Assembly: GCA_003344405.1 (NCBI GenBank)
Contig: NOWV01000301.1
Span: forward strand, 1-58,346
Reading direction: 5' to 3'
Origin: Trichoplax sp. H2
Lineage: Eukaryota
DNA length: 58,346 nt
In this document: positions 40,729 through 54,200 of the stretch, one piece after another
Position numbering within the stretch: the first letter of the stretch is position 1
How the letters are laid out: the number at the start of each line of letters is the position of its first letter
Notes under the pieces: generated by a model
Told to the model about the DNA's origin: nothing
Databases searched by the model: none
What the model saw: the letters and a program-made list of their open reading frames with translations, nothing else
Translations under genes and position numbers: made by a program

Positions 40729-43494
40729 TTAACTTGTGTTTGGTATTTGAAATGCTGGAAATGCTGCATTGCTGATATTGAGCATGTCAGTTAAAAAGTA
40801 GATGGTTCCTGACAATCCTGTATATTTAAATCAATTTTTATTATCGAACGATATCTTCGTAAATAAAAAATGGTATTAATTAGCTATATTTGACAGATCT
40901 TTCAATTTTGTAGTGGAATGAGTAGTTACCTTCCATTAAAGACATTGGCCTATCAGCGGTTCTAGTGTGTCCACTTGACGAATCCATGCACCATTCAGCA
41001 AACTAAAGCATAGATAGAACTTCTTGTAAACTGCAATGGCAAAGTACGTACTGAGCGAGTATTCATTATATATTTTTAGCATCGTCTCCGATCTTACCTT
41101 GCAAGCCATGTATAAATAAGTTGGATCTGTCGTTGTCTTGTATATACACAAAAATGCGTATCCATTACCAGCCACTCCGTGGCATAAACCATATCCTTTG
41201 TAAAGTAATCCTCGTTGCCAGATAGCCCTAGCACAAGTTTTGGCCGCATCTAGATATTTAATTTCGTTAAATACCTGTTGATAATAGACCAGCACATTTC
41301 TAGGTTAAAGCTTCTATGTTTAACACTTAATAACAACGAATCCACATTAAATGGTACAGTCTTGATTGCAGCACCTTGTGTGCTTCACAAAGAAGGTAAA
41401 TTATACCAGGCGCACCATGACACCAATGAACTAGGCGATCACGGCTATTACCGAGTGATGACGGAAAATTCCCTTCACGAAATTGTATGCTAAGGATAAA
41501 ATCGATTCCACCTTTGACTACTGATAAATTTTCTTGTACAGTAGCGGATTTACTTTTGTCCTATAAAATTTGGGTCAAGTTGATATTACATATTTTATCA
41601 AGAGTTTTGCTACGTGATATTCGAAAATGCACTTGCAATGAATCTTCATTTATTTTTCTACCTTTAACAATAAGTATAGTATACCCGCGAGTCCATGAGC
41701 TGCACCAATATACTCTTTATCATGCCATTTATACATTAACGTTGAATGACAGCTATTCACCTGAGCATAGTTCATGCCACTATTTATTACAATCTTGATC
41801 ACCTATAATGCAGCCGTCGTCAACAGTAAATAATTAAAATGATAGCAGCAATGATGGATCGATAGCGTGAATGTTGACAAGAAGAGTTCATTAATACATA
41901 GTATATTTGATGCAAGAGAACCTCGTCAATAATCTGTTGTTCTTCACAGCTGAGGTGGTATTCAATAAATTTCATAGCATACACATATCCAATTCTTCCC
42001 GTTAATAACTCATCTGGTAAAGATTCATTTTGACACAAATTTGATAATCTTCGAAGTTGCTTCAGACATTCTGCCTTGCGATTTTTATCTCCCATAAGAT
42101 CGTAAATTACGCAAGCGATGGCTAGCAAACCGGCAACCCCAGACATAAAGCTGACTTGGTTTTTATCTTTTAAATGTTTAAAGGAAACTTGCAGCAAGTT
42201 TTCTGCTTTGCGTAAGTAATTCTGACTATAGCCATCTTGCATCGTCTTTGATAATTGTAAATATGTTAATGCAATACCTAGATGAAATCATATTAGTTAT
42301 CGTTATTTATTAATTTCAGATATTTAATGGCTTTTTGAAAGCGTAAAGAATATCGATTTATTCAGTTTTTATTTGCAGATCCCTACGATAATGAATACGT
42401 TTACTATGTATCAGATTACTTTTGCAAAAGTATAAAGTAGATGATTTGGCTACAGATCACATGAGTACATAATCTATAGATCGAATATCATTGTACAATT
42501 TGCTTGTACATACTCCTATACCAGTAAATTAGAGCACAATACTATCACCAGTTATTAGGCTTAAAAATATCTACAGACTCTAAAATCTTTATAGCAGGTT
42601 TATAGTTGTATTGATGCTCTTCATCAGTACGTTGATTCATGTAATTTTCTTTACAAAAACTGATGTATGCTACTGCTGAAATTGCACAAAATTCACGCTG
42701 ATTTGTACAAATATTCTTAGTTTATGCAGTAATATAATGGACAACACATCGCATGGAGTTTCACAATTTTTACCTCCGGATCCACTATAGACTGATCCGC
42801 TCAGGCGATGATGTTGCAAGCTGAGACCATCCTCCAACTTCCTGAGGTATGCGTAAATACTTTCCATTAACTTCTTCTTCCACTGATTGGTGCACTATAG
42901 TAGTAATTGGTAGAAAACGTTATGATACATTTTATAGTGTTTTATTTCATATATGATAGTTTTCATTGCAGCAGCAGGAGAACCGAATGTATCCTCATTC
43001 GTTTATATCATGCTGTCTACTCAAACTTGGACGTCATAAGTATTTTTATGTCGTAGTATCCCATGCGGGTACATTAATTAGCCTCAGTCATTTTAAATAA
43101 TGACTAGAGCTAACATGCATGTTTATCACTACTCTGCTACTTTATCTCGAAACAATTTAGCATCCAAGAGAATGGTCAAGGTAAAATTATTGATGAAATT
43201 GTATCTAGAATTCGTGATTATGCTGACTACGATAACTTTCAAGTACAGTACTATGCAATTATAGTAGTAAAGCTAATGCCTTTTTAACGTATAAGCTGAA
43301 AAGATCAATATTAGAATACGATAATGGATACGTATGATCATCAAGAAGAGAGATTTGAAAAAGAGTAATAGCTGTTGGATAAAATGGCTCTATTGATAGC
43401 TATTTCTTACATTTCCCAGTTGATCATAAAATTCTTTTTCCATACCCGGTACATAACTATCAAAATCGTTTTTAAAGTGTCTTCCATCATCCAT
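40729..43494 (-). CDS. LANCL: LanC-like protein (LANCL1/2 family), paralog A
   Basis: MDDGRHFKNDF..., GSVYSGSGG, VSFMSGVAG, LPDELLTGRIGY, YIGAAHGLAGI, LVHWCHGAPG, IWQRGLLYKGYGLCHGVAGNGYAFL, GLSGTIYFLTDML...FPAFQI. TAA at 40729-40731. Confidence 0.93.
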
Positions 43495-44591
43495 TTTAAG
43501 TTTGTTATTATTTCCCTATTAATAATTAATATAGGGAACGTCTTAGGAGCGTAGTCTGTGCTAGTTGTCCAATTCAAGTGATGGATTATTATTGATATTA
43601 CAGTGGTGGGACTGACTGTCTGGACTGCCTTTGTACCCTTTTCAATATACTGTAGTCTTGTACAGTAATTTAGTAACTGGACTCATTCAAAGATGGAAAT
43701 CATCAATCAGTCATAAATTATGCATGAGCTATTAATTAAGCTAGTATAATGCAATACACACAACGCGTATTAACTTAATATTATATCATGCTAGATAGGA
43801 TCTCATCAATTGACATTGTACATTCAAAAATACAATTAAAATTTCAATCCAGTAAACGTCAGTGGATGAAAAATAGCGTTGATTTATTGAGAGTCCAATG
43901 GAACGGAGAAGAAGAACCAACAGCAAGACCTCACTATTCGTATAGACAACTGATATTGTGTATTACTATCTACAGTTAATACTAACAAGCATATTGAAGG
44001 CTCGTACTATTCTCAATCAGCATGGAAAACAAGAAATTGTACACGCAGTTGATGTTATTGTAAAATTTAACTACTAACTCCTATTCTCACTTTATTGTAT
44101 TGAAAAGCGGCGGCTTAGATACGTCCGCCATTCACGTTTACAACGCATTATAATTACAAGTTATGACGTTCTAATTAGTAACGTCAACAGCGATTTAAGT
44201 TAATCAATCTTGCTCATGTTGCAATATTGTCTTGTATCATTATACTTCAACATGCATTATGAGAGGGAAAAGAACATCTGTATTCTTTTGCATGGAGATT
44301 TGAAAGGCAAACCACAATGCACTACAATATTATTATTATTACACCGTAGAGGATAATGCTGCTCACAGAGCAGAGTGGATTCCATTTCTACAGTACGACT
44401 AAATACGGGAAATGCGATGGCCATTCATTCATGAAATCATTATAATTATTGATTGCACAAGTGTACCTGGACAATGTTGCTACTTGAAGTATTATTTATT
44501 TATATCTATGCTGGTAAATAGCCTTGTTCAGATAAAGTAAGTTTTTTTTTTGAACTTCCCAACGTACAAGATTCAATACAAGTGAAACTCA

Positions 44592-47567
44592 ATGAACGAC
44601 AAACGACATTTTACCAATCCTTATCCACCATTTTTATTACCGGAGTTGAAGAAGTATTACGACGACAATGGCAGAGTAAGTTTCTCCTTTTGATACTTAC
44701 TGAAAGTATACGTTAGAAGGATGAGAAGAATAACACGATCTATCTTACAATTGATGGATTAGAGATAGGAGAAAGAAATTCCATGACCAACTAAACTTCT
44801 AAATGAGATATTTTTTACACTATCGAATTTTTCATTATCTTAATTGTATCCATGTTGTTAAGCCTCAATTAATAACAGTAACTATTGAAAGTAATAACAG
44901 ATAATTAATAATAATACTTTAGGCGCCTGTGATCAGTGGTACAACCAAAGGAATAAAAGTACAATTGCTCCAATTACTTGTAATTAATTTTTTACCATCT
45001 TCAGCTATTTTATTGCATTAAGCGTGGATAGAGAGGGTATAAAAGATAAAGTACATTACTATGCGCTTTTGCGGGCTGTTGAAATTTTCTTCTTGGAGAA
45101 CAATAGAATGATTTTTTGGATGTGAATTTTTCGACTTTATACCGATCTACTTTGATTTATCAGTAGTTATACTGATATTCTAAATTTTCTTGGATAGTAC
45201 ATAAAATACTTGCAGATCAATCTCAGCAGCACTAATATACCATTTAATATAGGTGTCGAATGAATGGTAACTGAAGAAAATTAGTCTAATTTGCTGAAAT
45301 ACTAAATTAAAATTGTAATCCATTTGCAAGATTAAACATCAGTAAATTAATGATCCTACAGTAGTAATAATTAATGGATACAGTATTCAATATAAATCTT
45401 ACCCTGATATTATAAGTAAACTAGTGTTTTCGATAATACAAGCTGCTCTTTTGTATCACTAAAGACAATATTAGTAACGACTCAAACTATACCAAGTAGC
45501 GTGCTGGTAGACAAAAGGGCATTCAAATTTTGGGTTACTACAGTATATGCCATTAAAGTACAACAAAAGCCCAAGATTATAGCTTTTATTTCATGCTTAG
45601 GAAAAGAAAAATAATGTAAAAAAATATCTGAAATGAATCAGTAATACTATTCGTATTTTGATCGCATATATTTAGTGTACCGAAACTTGGCGGACTAAAT
45701 TGCTTCAATATATCGACATAAAACTGAATGAATTATCTGCAGGAACTCAGCGCCGGTATCAACGAGCAGATCCAAGTATTTACGTTGGTTATGCAGGTAC
45801 CTCTTAGAGCGTTATTCAATCATGACCTTTTAGAAATTATAGATACGGCACCATCTGAAATTATCTGTATTCTTCGACGAATTTGAGCATTGATTGTATA
45901 CTACTATCACAATATTGCTTACGGAAATATCACTACTAATTATAATAATTCTGATTTTAATATAATATAGGAGTTGCTATGCTTTATATTCGCTTGTCAG
46001 AAGCACTAGATAATGGGAAAAAAGAGCTATACCTGAAAACTGCATGGAATTATTTGAGTATCTCCTTGACTATGATTAGTAACACTAGGCGCCATAAAGA
46101 TGTAACGTTTCTTTGTGGCGATGCTGGTATATATGCTTTGGCCGCTGTTGTATGCCACAAGCTTGGTGTTGAACAGCAATCTAAAGATTTAATTGAACAA
46201 TTACAAGCCTTACATGTTCACTGTGATGATAGAAGCTTACCCGATGAACTTCTATATGGCAGAAGTGGTTATCTACACTCTTTAAAATTTGTTCAATTAC
46301 ATCTTGGCAAGGATGCTATTAAACAAGAGATTATTGATAAGGTCTGAAAAACTTGTTATGCTTCTTCTAGTAACATTTCTTTTATCATTTCCAGAGATAA
46401 AAGTAGCAAGTTTTTTATTTCTTTAGCAATCGTATTCAGGAAAAATTGGTATTCAAATTTACCGAGAGTAAGTAACATTTCTACATGTACTTTAATTAAT
46501 TTATAGGTAGTAAATGCCATCATCATGTCAGGAAAGAATTTTTCTCGTGGAATTAAAAGTCGCTCTCCATTAATGTTTACATGGTATAATGACCTTTACT
46601 TTGGGGCAGCCCATGGTCTATCTGGAATTTTGTATATGTTATTAAAAGTAGGTATAACGATATCTCATCATGACTGGGAACCGTCCTGCTTTAGCTACTA
46701 ATATATAATGATGGATTTCTTTCTTAGTCAGAATCTCCTGTTGCTGTACAGTATTATGTCAACTTGATCAAGCCTTCAATAGATTATATGTTGTCGTGTA
46801 GACTATCTTCAGGTAATTATCCCGCAACTATCGATGAATCGAGAGATTACTTAGTTCATTGGTGTCATGGGGCACCTGGAGTTATTTATACCTTCGCTGC
46901 GGCATATCAGGTAGTTCTTAGTCTTTACTTATTGAAATTCGATGTCTATCATAGCCACTATCGTTGATTTATGATGTCGTAATTTTAAATTTGATACAAA
47001 TATATTTTGAAGGCTTTCAATCATACACCTTTCCTCGATGCTGCAATTGTCTGTGGTAGCACAATATGGGAACGAGGACTACTTCATAAAGGTCATGGAT
47101 TATGCCATGGTGTAGCTGGCAATGCTTACGCGTTTCTGTGTTTGTATCGACTTACCAAGGATCCGATACATCTTTATCGGGCAACACGAGTGAGTTCTTA
47201 TCGTTGTTTTATTAACACTACATAACCAAATGTTAAGCTCGTATTAAACGATGGCTAAACTTATTTTAGTTTGCTGAATGGTGTATGGATAGCACAAATC
47301 ATCACGCTAGAGTTGCTGATTCTCCTTATTCATTAATGGAAGGTTTGTTTCATCGTGAATGCTTACACAGAATCCTGTCTACTTAATCAATTTTTCGTTC
47401 CGAAATTATAAAATATCAAAGTTTAATTATGATTTAATAATTTAACTGGCGATAAATTACAACATTTTGTATCATCCATTATACTTATAGGCTTGGCAGG
47501 TACCCTTTGCTTTTTATTAGACATGCTAAACGTAAAGAAATCGGCTCTTCCAGCGTTTGAATTATAG
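44592..47567 (+). CDS. LANCL: LanC-like protein (LANCL1/2 family), paralog B
   Basis: MNDKRHFTNPY..., SIYVGYAG, VTFLCGDAG, LPDELLYGRSGYL, YFGAAHGLSGI, LVHWCHGAPG, IWERGLLHKGHGLCHGVAGNAYAFL, FAEWC, DSPYSLMEGLAGT, PAFEL. TAG at 47565-47567. Confidence 0.94.
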
Positions 47568-48074
47568 CTACAGGACCTTTTATTTGCTTATTCTCTACTT
47601 TGCTATTAATTACTATAAATTATGAGATAGGCTACAATAACTATATCACCTTGTACAGTATGTGTAAACATACCATTATTAGTCAATGTACTGTACTATG
47701 CAATGCAAAAATGTGCATCTTTCGTCGTAGAAGTTTACTTAACTAGCATTTCTTCCATCATGCATTTTAATGTGAAATTAAACTGTAAAATAGATGTGGA
47801 GATAGCATATTTTGACAATGGCAAATATTCTGCCTATTTGCATTGGCTAACTTCTTAAATTTCATTGAAATTTCATCAAGAGTCTTGTATTATGATATGC
47901 TTTCAATCTAGGTGCTTATAGTAAAATTACTATGAACAGCTGTAGAAAGATTTTACCAGATGGGTCAATATATACCGATTCTACAATTCAACTCTTAGCA
48001 TCCACCCTAGTCTTGAATATCAACACATAAATTACTTAGGTAATTGATACTCATTACTTCATTACTATACGCCA

Positions 48075-48285
48075 ATGTTAAGTTATCCATCGACATAATT
48101 CCAATAAAATACTTCTATGTTAACTTATTCTATCGGCATGATTCCAATAAAATACGTCTATGTTAACTTATTCTATCGACATAATTCCAATAAAATACTT
48201 CTATGGTAACTTATTCTATCGACATGATTCCAATAAAATACGTCTATGTTAACTTATCCCCCAATCGATATGATTGTAATAAAAT
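48075..48285. repeat. 43-bp minisatellite, ~5 copies, with alternating A/B variants
   Basis: Unit ATGTTAACTTATTCTATCGACAT(A/G)ATTCCAATAAAATAC(T/G)TCT, starting at 48075, 48117, 48160, 48203 and 48246. Confidence 0.92.
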
Positions 48286-48770
48286 GAAGGCCCAAGCTAA
48301 TGTCCAATGCGAGCGTCGATGCAGTATTACTGATTAGCTTAAAAGGCCAGGCTAATGATGTAACTAGTTTAAAAATATCTCCAAGTTAGCAATGTCTCTC
48401 ATCGTTATTGGTGAATAGTATGGTGTCATTGCCGTGATCGAGATAGGAGATTATGAGCTCGAAATAATAATGATGACATGTTAGATCATTCCAGTCGTCT
48501 TGCACTCTTGCGCCATTTACTATATGTAATTTTATATGATGGCAAAGTCTGTACGTCTGTATGCAGGGTATACAGCGCATAGAAGCGACAGTTTTTCTCT
48601 ACAGTCGAGCAGTCAGTACGCAATCTTCTATGTTTTACTATAGATTACGATACTATCATCTCGTGTACTATACCGTAGCATTCTCTCGAATAGTCACTAC
48701 CGTTCTCGTCTTGTTCGCCGCCATTCTCAATTAAAGGGTTAAGCACAGGAAAGTTGAGCACCCAGCAAGC

Positions 48771-50742
48771 ATGGCAAACAAACTTTACAGATTGCAATCT
48801 CAAATGATGACCTCGTCAGGTCTTCGTGTTGTTACGATGCAATCGTTGTCGTATGTAAGAGGGAATTTTACCGCGGAAGCCAGTAAACTTACCAGGAGTA
48901 GGTTGCAATCAGCAGACCTTGGAAATTTTAACACGATGTGGGTACGTGGTATGGCTGGACATAACAAATGGTCTAAAATTAGGCATAAAAAAGCTGCAAA
49001 TGATGCTAGTCGAAGCAATGCTTTCAGTAAAATTATCCGAGATGCAACGCATGCCGTTAAAGGTACAACTATGAGGCGTAAATTAGTGCAGTTATACTTT
49101 GAAATTGATGATAGGATACCTTCAAACGTCACTTGATCAATGGGAATACAACTGCAGTTGATACTATACTTGATGTCATTTGCAGAAGGAGGACCTGATC
49201 CTGAGTCTAATTATCGTCTTGCAAGCTGTATCTCACAAGCAAAATCCATCAATATGCCCAAGGCGACGCTCGAATATGCCATTAAAAATGCTGCAGGCGT
49301 AAGTTGCATTTTCAATCAACGTAATACACTAGTACAAGTACAGTAATGACATCTTCATTTCGCTACACATTCTAATAGGAAAATAATGATGTGGCCACTG
49401 ATCAAGTACTTTATGAAGGTCGGGGCCCTGGCAATGCTGCCTACCTTGTTGAAGTTCTGACCACCAATCGTAATCGAACGCGTTTACAAGTCAAGCAGAT
49501 ATTTACCAAATACGGGTTTGTATCTTATTAGTAGAAAAAGACTTTACACGATTAGGATACGATTGAAGCACTAACGGTGAATATTTGGTTGATTCCCTTA
49601 CAGAGGGTCGCTCGCTGATCCTAATTCTGTAATATTTCAATTTTCTCGAAAAGGTATCTAAGAAATAATACAGTAATTTGCATTATAGCTTGGTGTATAT
49701 GCATGTATAGATGTCAGTAGTAATAAGCTTACGTCTAGAAGCTATGCTTTTCCAGTTGCACATAGCGCTTATGTAATGCTATCTAAGGACCCTTTCTAAT
49801 ATCCATAAAATATTGCCTGTTTGAAGGTTAAGATTGACAGCGTTTTTATCACTGTATTGAATAATTTGCGTAGTCTTTGGTTCCCTTAACTAAAATTTCT
49901 TAGCTATCAGTCAAGATCAAATATGTGATGGCAAAATACTTATACGCGTATGTGCACCTCTCGAACAGTTGAAACCCATTAAAGCACATTATGTTCCTGT
50001 AACACACTAATACATATGTTATGACATGTATATATATAAAAGGTGCTTACTCTGTTCTATCGCCCTAAAAATAACTACTTATAATAACTAGGGTGTATTG
50101 CGGTAGAATCATCCAAGATTGATAGTAAAGATGCACTAAATAAGGTGGGATGTTGTATAGGATAGTAAATAAAAGCTTAGTAGTATGCGGTTGTGATTTG
50201 GTATTTATGTTAATGTGATAAATTATGATCTTATTGATCAATTAATTATAATTATAGGCCTTCGAACTGGCAATTGAGATTGGAGTAGAAGATGTCAAGC
50301 AAGTAGAATTTAACGACCAAGATTGCATTCAAGTAGGTTCATGATGATCTACAAATTTGACTATCAATGTGCTAATATTACGAACCCTTTTTATGGCTGC
50401 TTTTAAGTGTTAGATACGGAATCTAGCATTGTTTACTAAAATACTTTTAATAGTAATCTTAGTATTTTGATTGACTATGCTTTTTTGTTGAGATAATTCG
50501 ATAATTTGCGATTATTTTCTATTGGACTATAGTTCGTATGTGAAGTGAGTAGACTTAATTCCTGTAGTAAAAGTCTACAACTCATGCAGCTGGAGCCGGT
50601 ATCTGCAACACTCGAATATTTACCGCAAGCACCGATTACGCTATCCAAATCAAAATTGGATCAGGCATCGAAATTAGTTGAAGAATTAAGCGACCATGAC
50701 GATGTAATTCGTGTACATGATAATATCTCTATTTCAGGCTAA
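48771..50742 (+). CDS. TACO1: Translational activator of cytochrome c oxidase 1 (YebC/PmpR family) with likely mitochondrial presequence
   Basis: Arg/Ser/Leu-rich N-terminal extension, then [82 protein letters not shown]. Confidence 0.93.
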
Positions 50743-51248
50743 CTTAGCAAGAAAATTTAGAAAATCTATGCAAATGCTTGCATGGTAAATGATAGCTATT
50801 CTATGTTTTGAATTATAATCATGCTACTGCATTTGAGGATGCTCACCGATATAATGGATAATAGCGAACTTGAAAATACATCTATGTTTCGAAATTAATA
50901 CTGATTTAATATATATTGGCATATTCGGTTAATTTGGTTTGGTTTCAGTATTGAAAATTGTGAAAGATTTCTAACTTAAACCAAACTGTGACTAGATGTA
51001 GATAGGAGGTTGCATGATGTAGTACAGTGTATTGTATTGCAATAGTCTGAGTATGGTAATAACAAAATGGCTGCGGCTGTAATCTATTGCAGTCTTAGGG
51101 ATCATCATCGGATTAGCATTCTATAATAATTAACAATTGATAAGAAAGTAAAATATATTTTAATGGATTTATCAAGCAAGTTCTATTGACTTTATTATTC
51201 CATCCTATCATTATTTACAAAATCATTAAGCAAGCTTGTCATAAACTG

Positions 51249-54200
51249 CTATTTTATGATTTTAAGTTCCAGTTCTACTAATTCTATTCGTCTCCTTAGC
51301 ATTTCTATATCTACTTTAGTTGCCTTGGATTTTTCTAAATGACGGAGCACATAATGTTTTAAAAATATCAGCAGGCCTTCTCTAAGGTCTGACAGGTGTG
51401 ATAAATTTCCTACTCTGCCAAAAATTGACCTAGCAATGTAAATAAATTAAACAAGCTATATGTCAAAGAGTTGATTTTAATATAAGCGTAGTAGTTTTAA
51501 AAATCAGCGCCTAATCAGGTTGCGCAATTTTACCTGCAAGACTTTTCCGATTTATCCAGTAATAATTGCAGCAATAAAGAGCGATAGAATTTGATAGAAG
51601 TTTCATTCAATTCGCCAAAATTGACAATCTACGATATAAAATTAAACCCAGTAAGTTAACGACGTCTACAGCGTTACCAATGCTAGATGTGGTATAAGTG
51701 CAATGTTAAGTTTAAAACTTAATTAAGCTCAAACATTGATATAAAATTTTTCCATAGTTAACAAACCTTCAATGCAGAAAGCGATAACGAGTTGGATAAA
51801 AATAAATTAGCTAATAATTTAGAAAAGGTCAGGCGTTGAATTTTTGACAGATCTTCCAGCCGCTTCAAGCGATCCCATATCGAATACTGGAACGTGATCT
51901 ATATCAACGAGAGTAATCGTCTCACTATCACGGTTCGATATTCAAGAATATGGTTAAAATAATTGATTACTTCTTTACATTGTTAACGAACCTGGTAATT
52001 GCGTTTATATTCACAAAATTTCTGTCCTAGGTACGCGTAAAATGGATTAAAAGATTTCTCCTACAGTGTAAGAACATCCCATTAGACTTGTAATACACCA
52101 ATATAGAAATTACGTCATGCCCCGAGCAAATCTTAACATACTTGCAAACAACAATCCAATAAAACATGAATTATGTCCCTTTCTTGTTTATTTTTCAGTT
52201 TCAATTTCAGTAAGTTCTCAAATGCGTTAACATAGTCCTATTATAAATCGGCAATGCAATGTCAGTGAAAAGGAATACGTACACATATGCAATGTAAAAT
52301 TGAACAATTAACATAGTTACATACCTGACTTGACATTATGATGCAAAAGATATTTCGTCTGATGTCGGTATTCATTCTTTGCTTCTTAGCTAGTTCTACT
52401 AATCGATTATCGCCAATACCACTACCTGAGAGTTCTTTATCTTGCCCTGTAATGTTGCAATGGACTTAAGAAAGAGTTCACAAATGAAAATTGTGCTAAT
52501 ACAACAAGCTGAATAGCTTACTTCCAAAAGTCTCTCTATCGGACCACGATGAACCTATAACCCACCAGCGACCTTTTTACAAAGACAAGAAGTTATCAGA
52601 AGAGTTTTGCATGTTAACATTGCATTACCTTTGTTAAGTAGTAATACATGTATTACCTGTTTTATTGCAAGCTAACAGATCTTTCAAAGAAATTTGCATT
52701 TGTGCATCACCTTGGCGCTCTATAATCATATCGCAAGGTACATACGCATATAAAAGATGGTGATGTAATTCAGTACTGTATACAACTATAAATGTAATTA
52801 TGCCTACATAAAAGAAATTTTACCTTTACTTAAACGCCTGCATATAACCTTTAAATTTTCTAAAAGAGTTGGATCGAATAAAGCTAATTTCTTCGAATTA
52901 TTATTGCAGACATACTTGAGCGTATCAAGCATAAAATTAATTCGCGATCTAAAGTTATTTATACACATAAAAAGAAATTCCTCGGTATAGAGTATAATTG
53001 TATCATCGAGTTTCATAACGATAAAATTGTATACTCAACTATAGACTTACGCGTCATCTACTGTACAAACCAGACTGCCAGATTTAGAATGAATTTGACT
53101 AGCGATCTCCTAATGATTGATAAATGCTTATAATTTTGAACAAAAAATCAAAAGAACGAATTATCACATCATGCCATACCTTCAAGGCGGTGGGATCATC
53201 ATTTCGAATTTGTAGCCCAACATCTTAAGTCATTTAATTAACATTGTATTCTTTTAAACTTTATCGATAATATTGAAGTATTCTTGATTTCGATGAAAGT
53301 TTTAAATCTGATCTATAAATCGAAAGACTGGTAAACTTACTCCGGAGGATATGCAATAGTAATTCCACGTCAAGTTGATTCATACTTTCAATAGATTTTC
53401 GAATCAAATCGTATATTAAAGTGCAATGAATAACCTGCAAAGAGAAAGAACGCGACATCGTTCAATCTAACTCGCTTAGTAACTGAAGTCGTATAGACAA
53501 TTTATTAGCAAATTCAATCATGATTGACTATTCTTCTTTCACCTTAAAGTTATATAAATGGCAAAACAAAGATAATGCATTATGGCACCGCTTATTCGTA
53601 CCAATAGGACCAATTTCATTGTATAAATTTTTGTAAAATAGAGCTAGTTTTTCTATAAAGTGAGCACCTATGCAAAGTGAGAAAATTTCGTTGAAAAAGT
53701 GCTACTTTACGCCTTGAATATACGCACATTAGTGAATTCTAACCGATTTCAGTGCCAACGTTGGAGTGTAATACTGTGATAACAACAACATGTTCCATAA
53801 TTAACTTTTCAGGAATCAGCGTATTTTGGATGCAGCTATCAAAAATCAGTTGAGTCAAGGTTTCTGTTACTCCTGTTCAATTATATATAACATATATGTA
53901 ATTATTTACAATAGAATTGGAGAAAAGATTAGTCGTAACATAAAAGCTGCTTAAGATTGCTTGTAGTTGATTAAATTATTAACCGAATCTACTGTAGTTC
54001 CGATATAAATTTTCAATCTGATTAATGATAATCCCAATGTTAGACTCGCTCAATCTGGTAAAAGCAACAAGTTGATATAATTAGTACAATTAACCGCATG
54101 GAAAAATACTTAAAGTCTACATTGAAATGTAATATTTTCTGTAAATAATTAATTAAATTTGGTAGAATAACCTATTAATATAGCCCTTCATCTGTTTTCG

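Noticed and set aside
40729..47567. LanC pair as a lanthipeptide biosynthetic cluster or bacterial horizontal transfer
   Set aside because: Both genes are intron-rich, typical animal LANCL1/2-type. No LanB dehydratase, precursor peptide or transporter is visible.
48075..48285. Regularly spaced repeats as a CRISPR array
   Set aside because: Units are contiguous with no unique spacers, the context is eukaryotic, and there are no cas genes.
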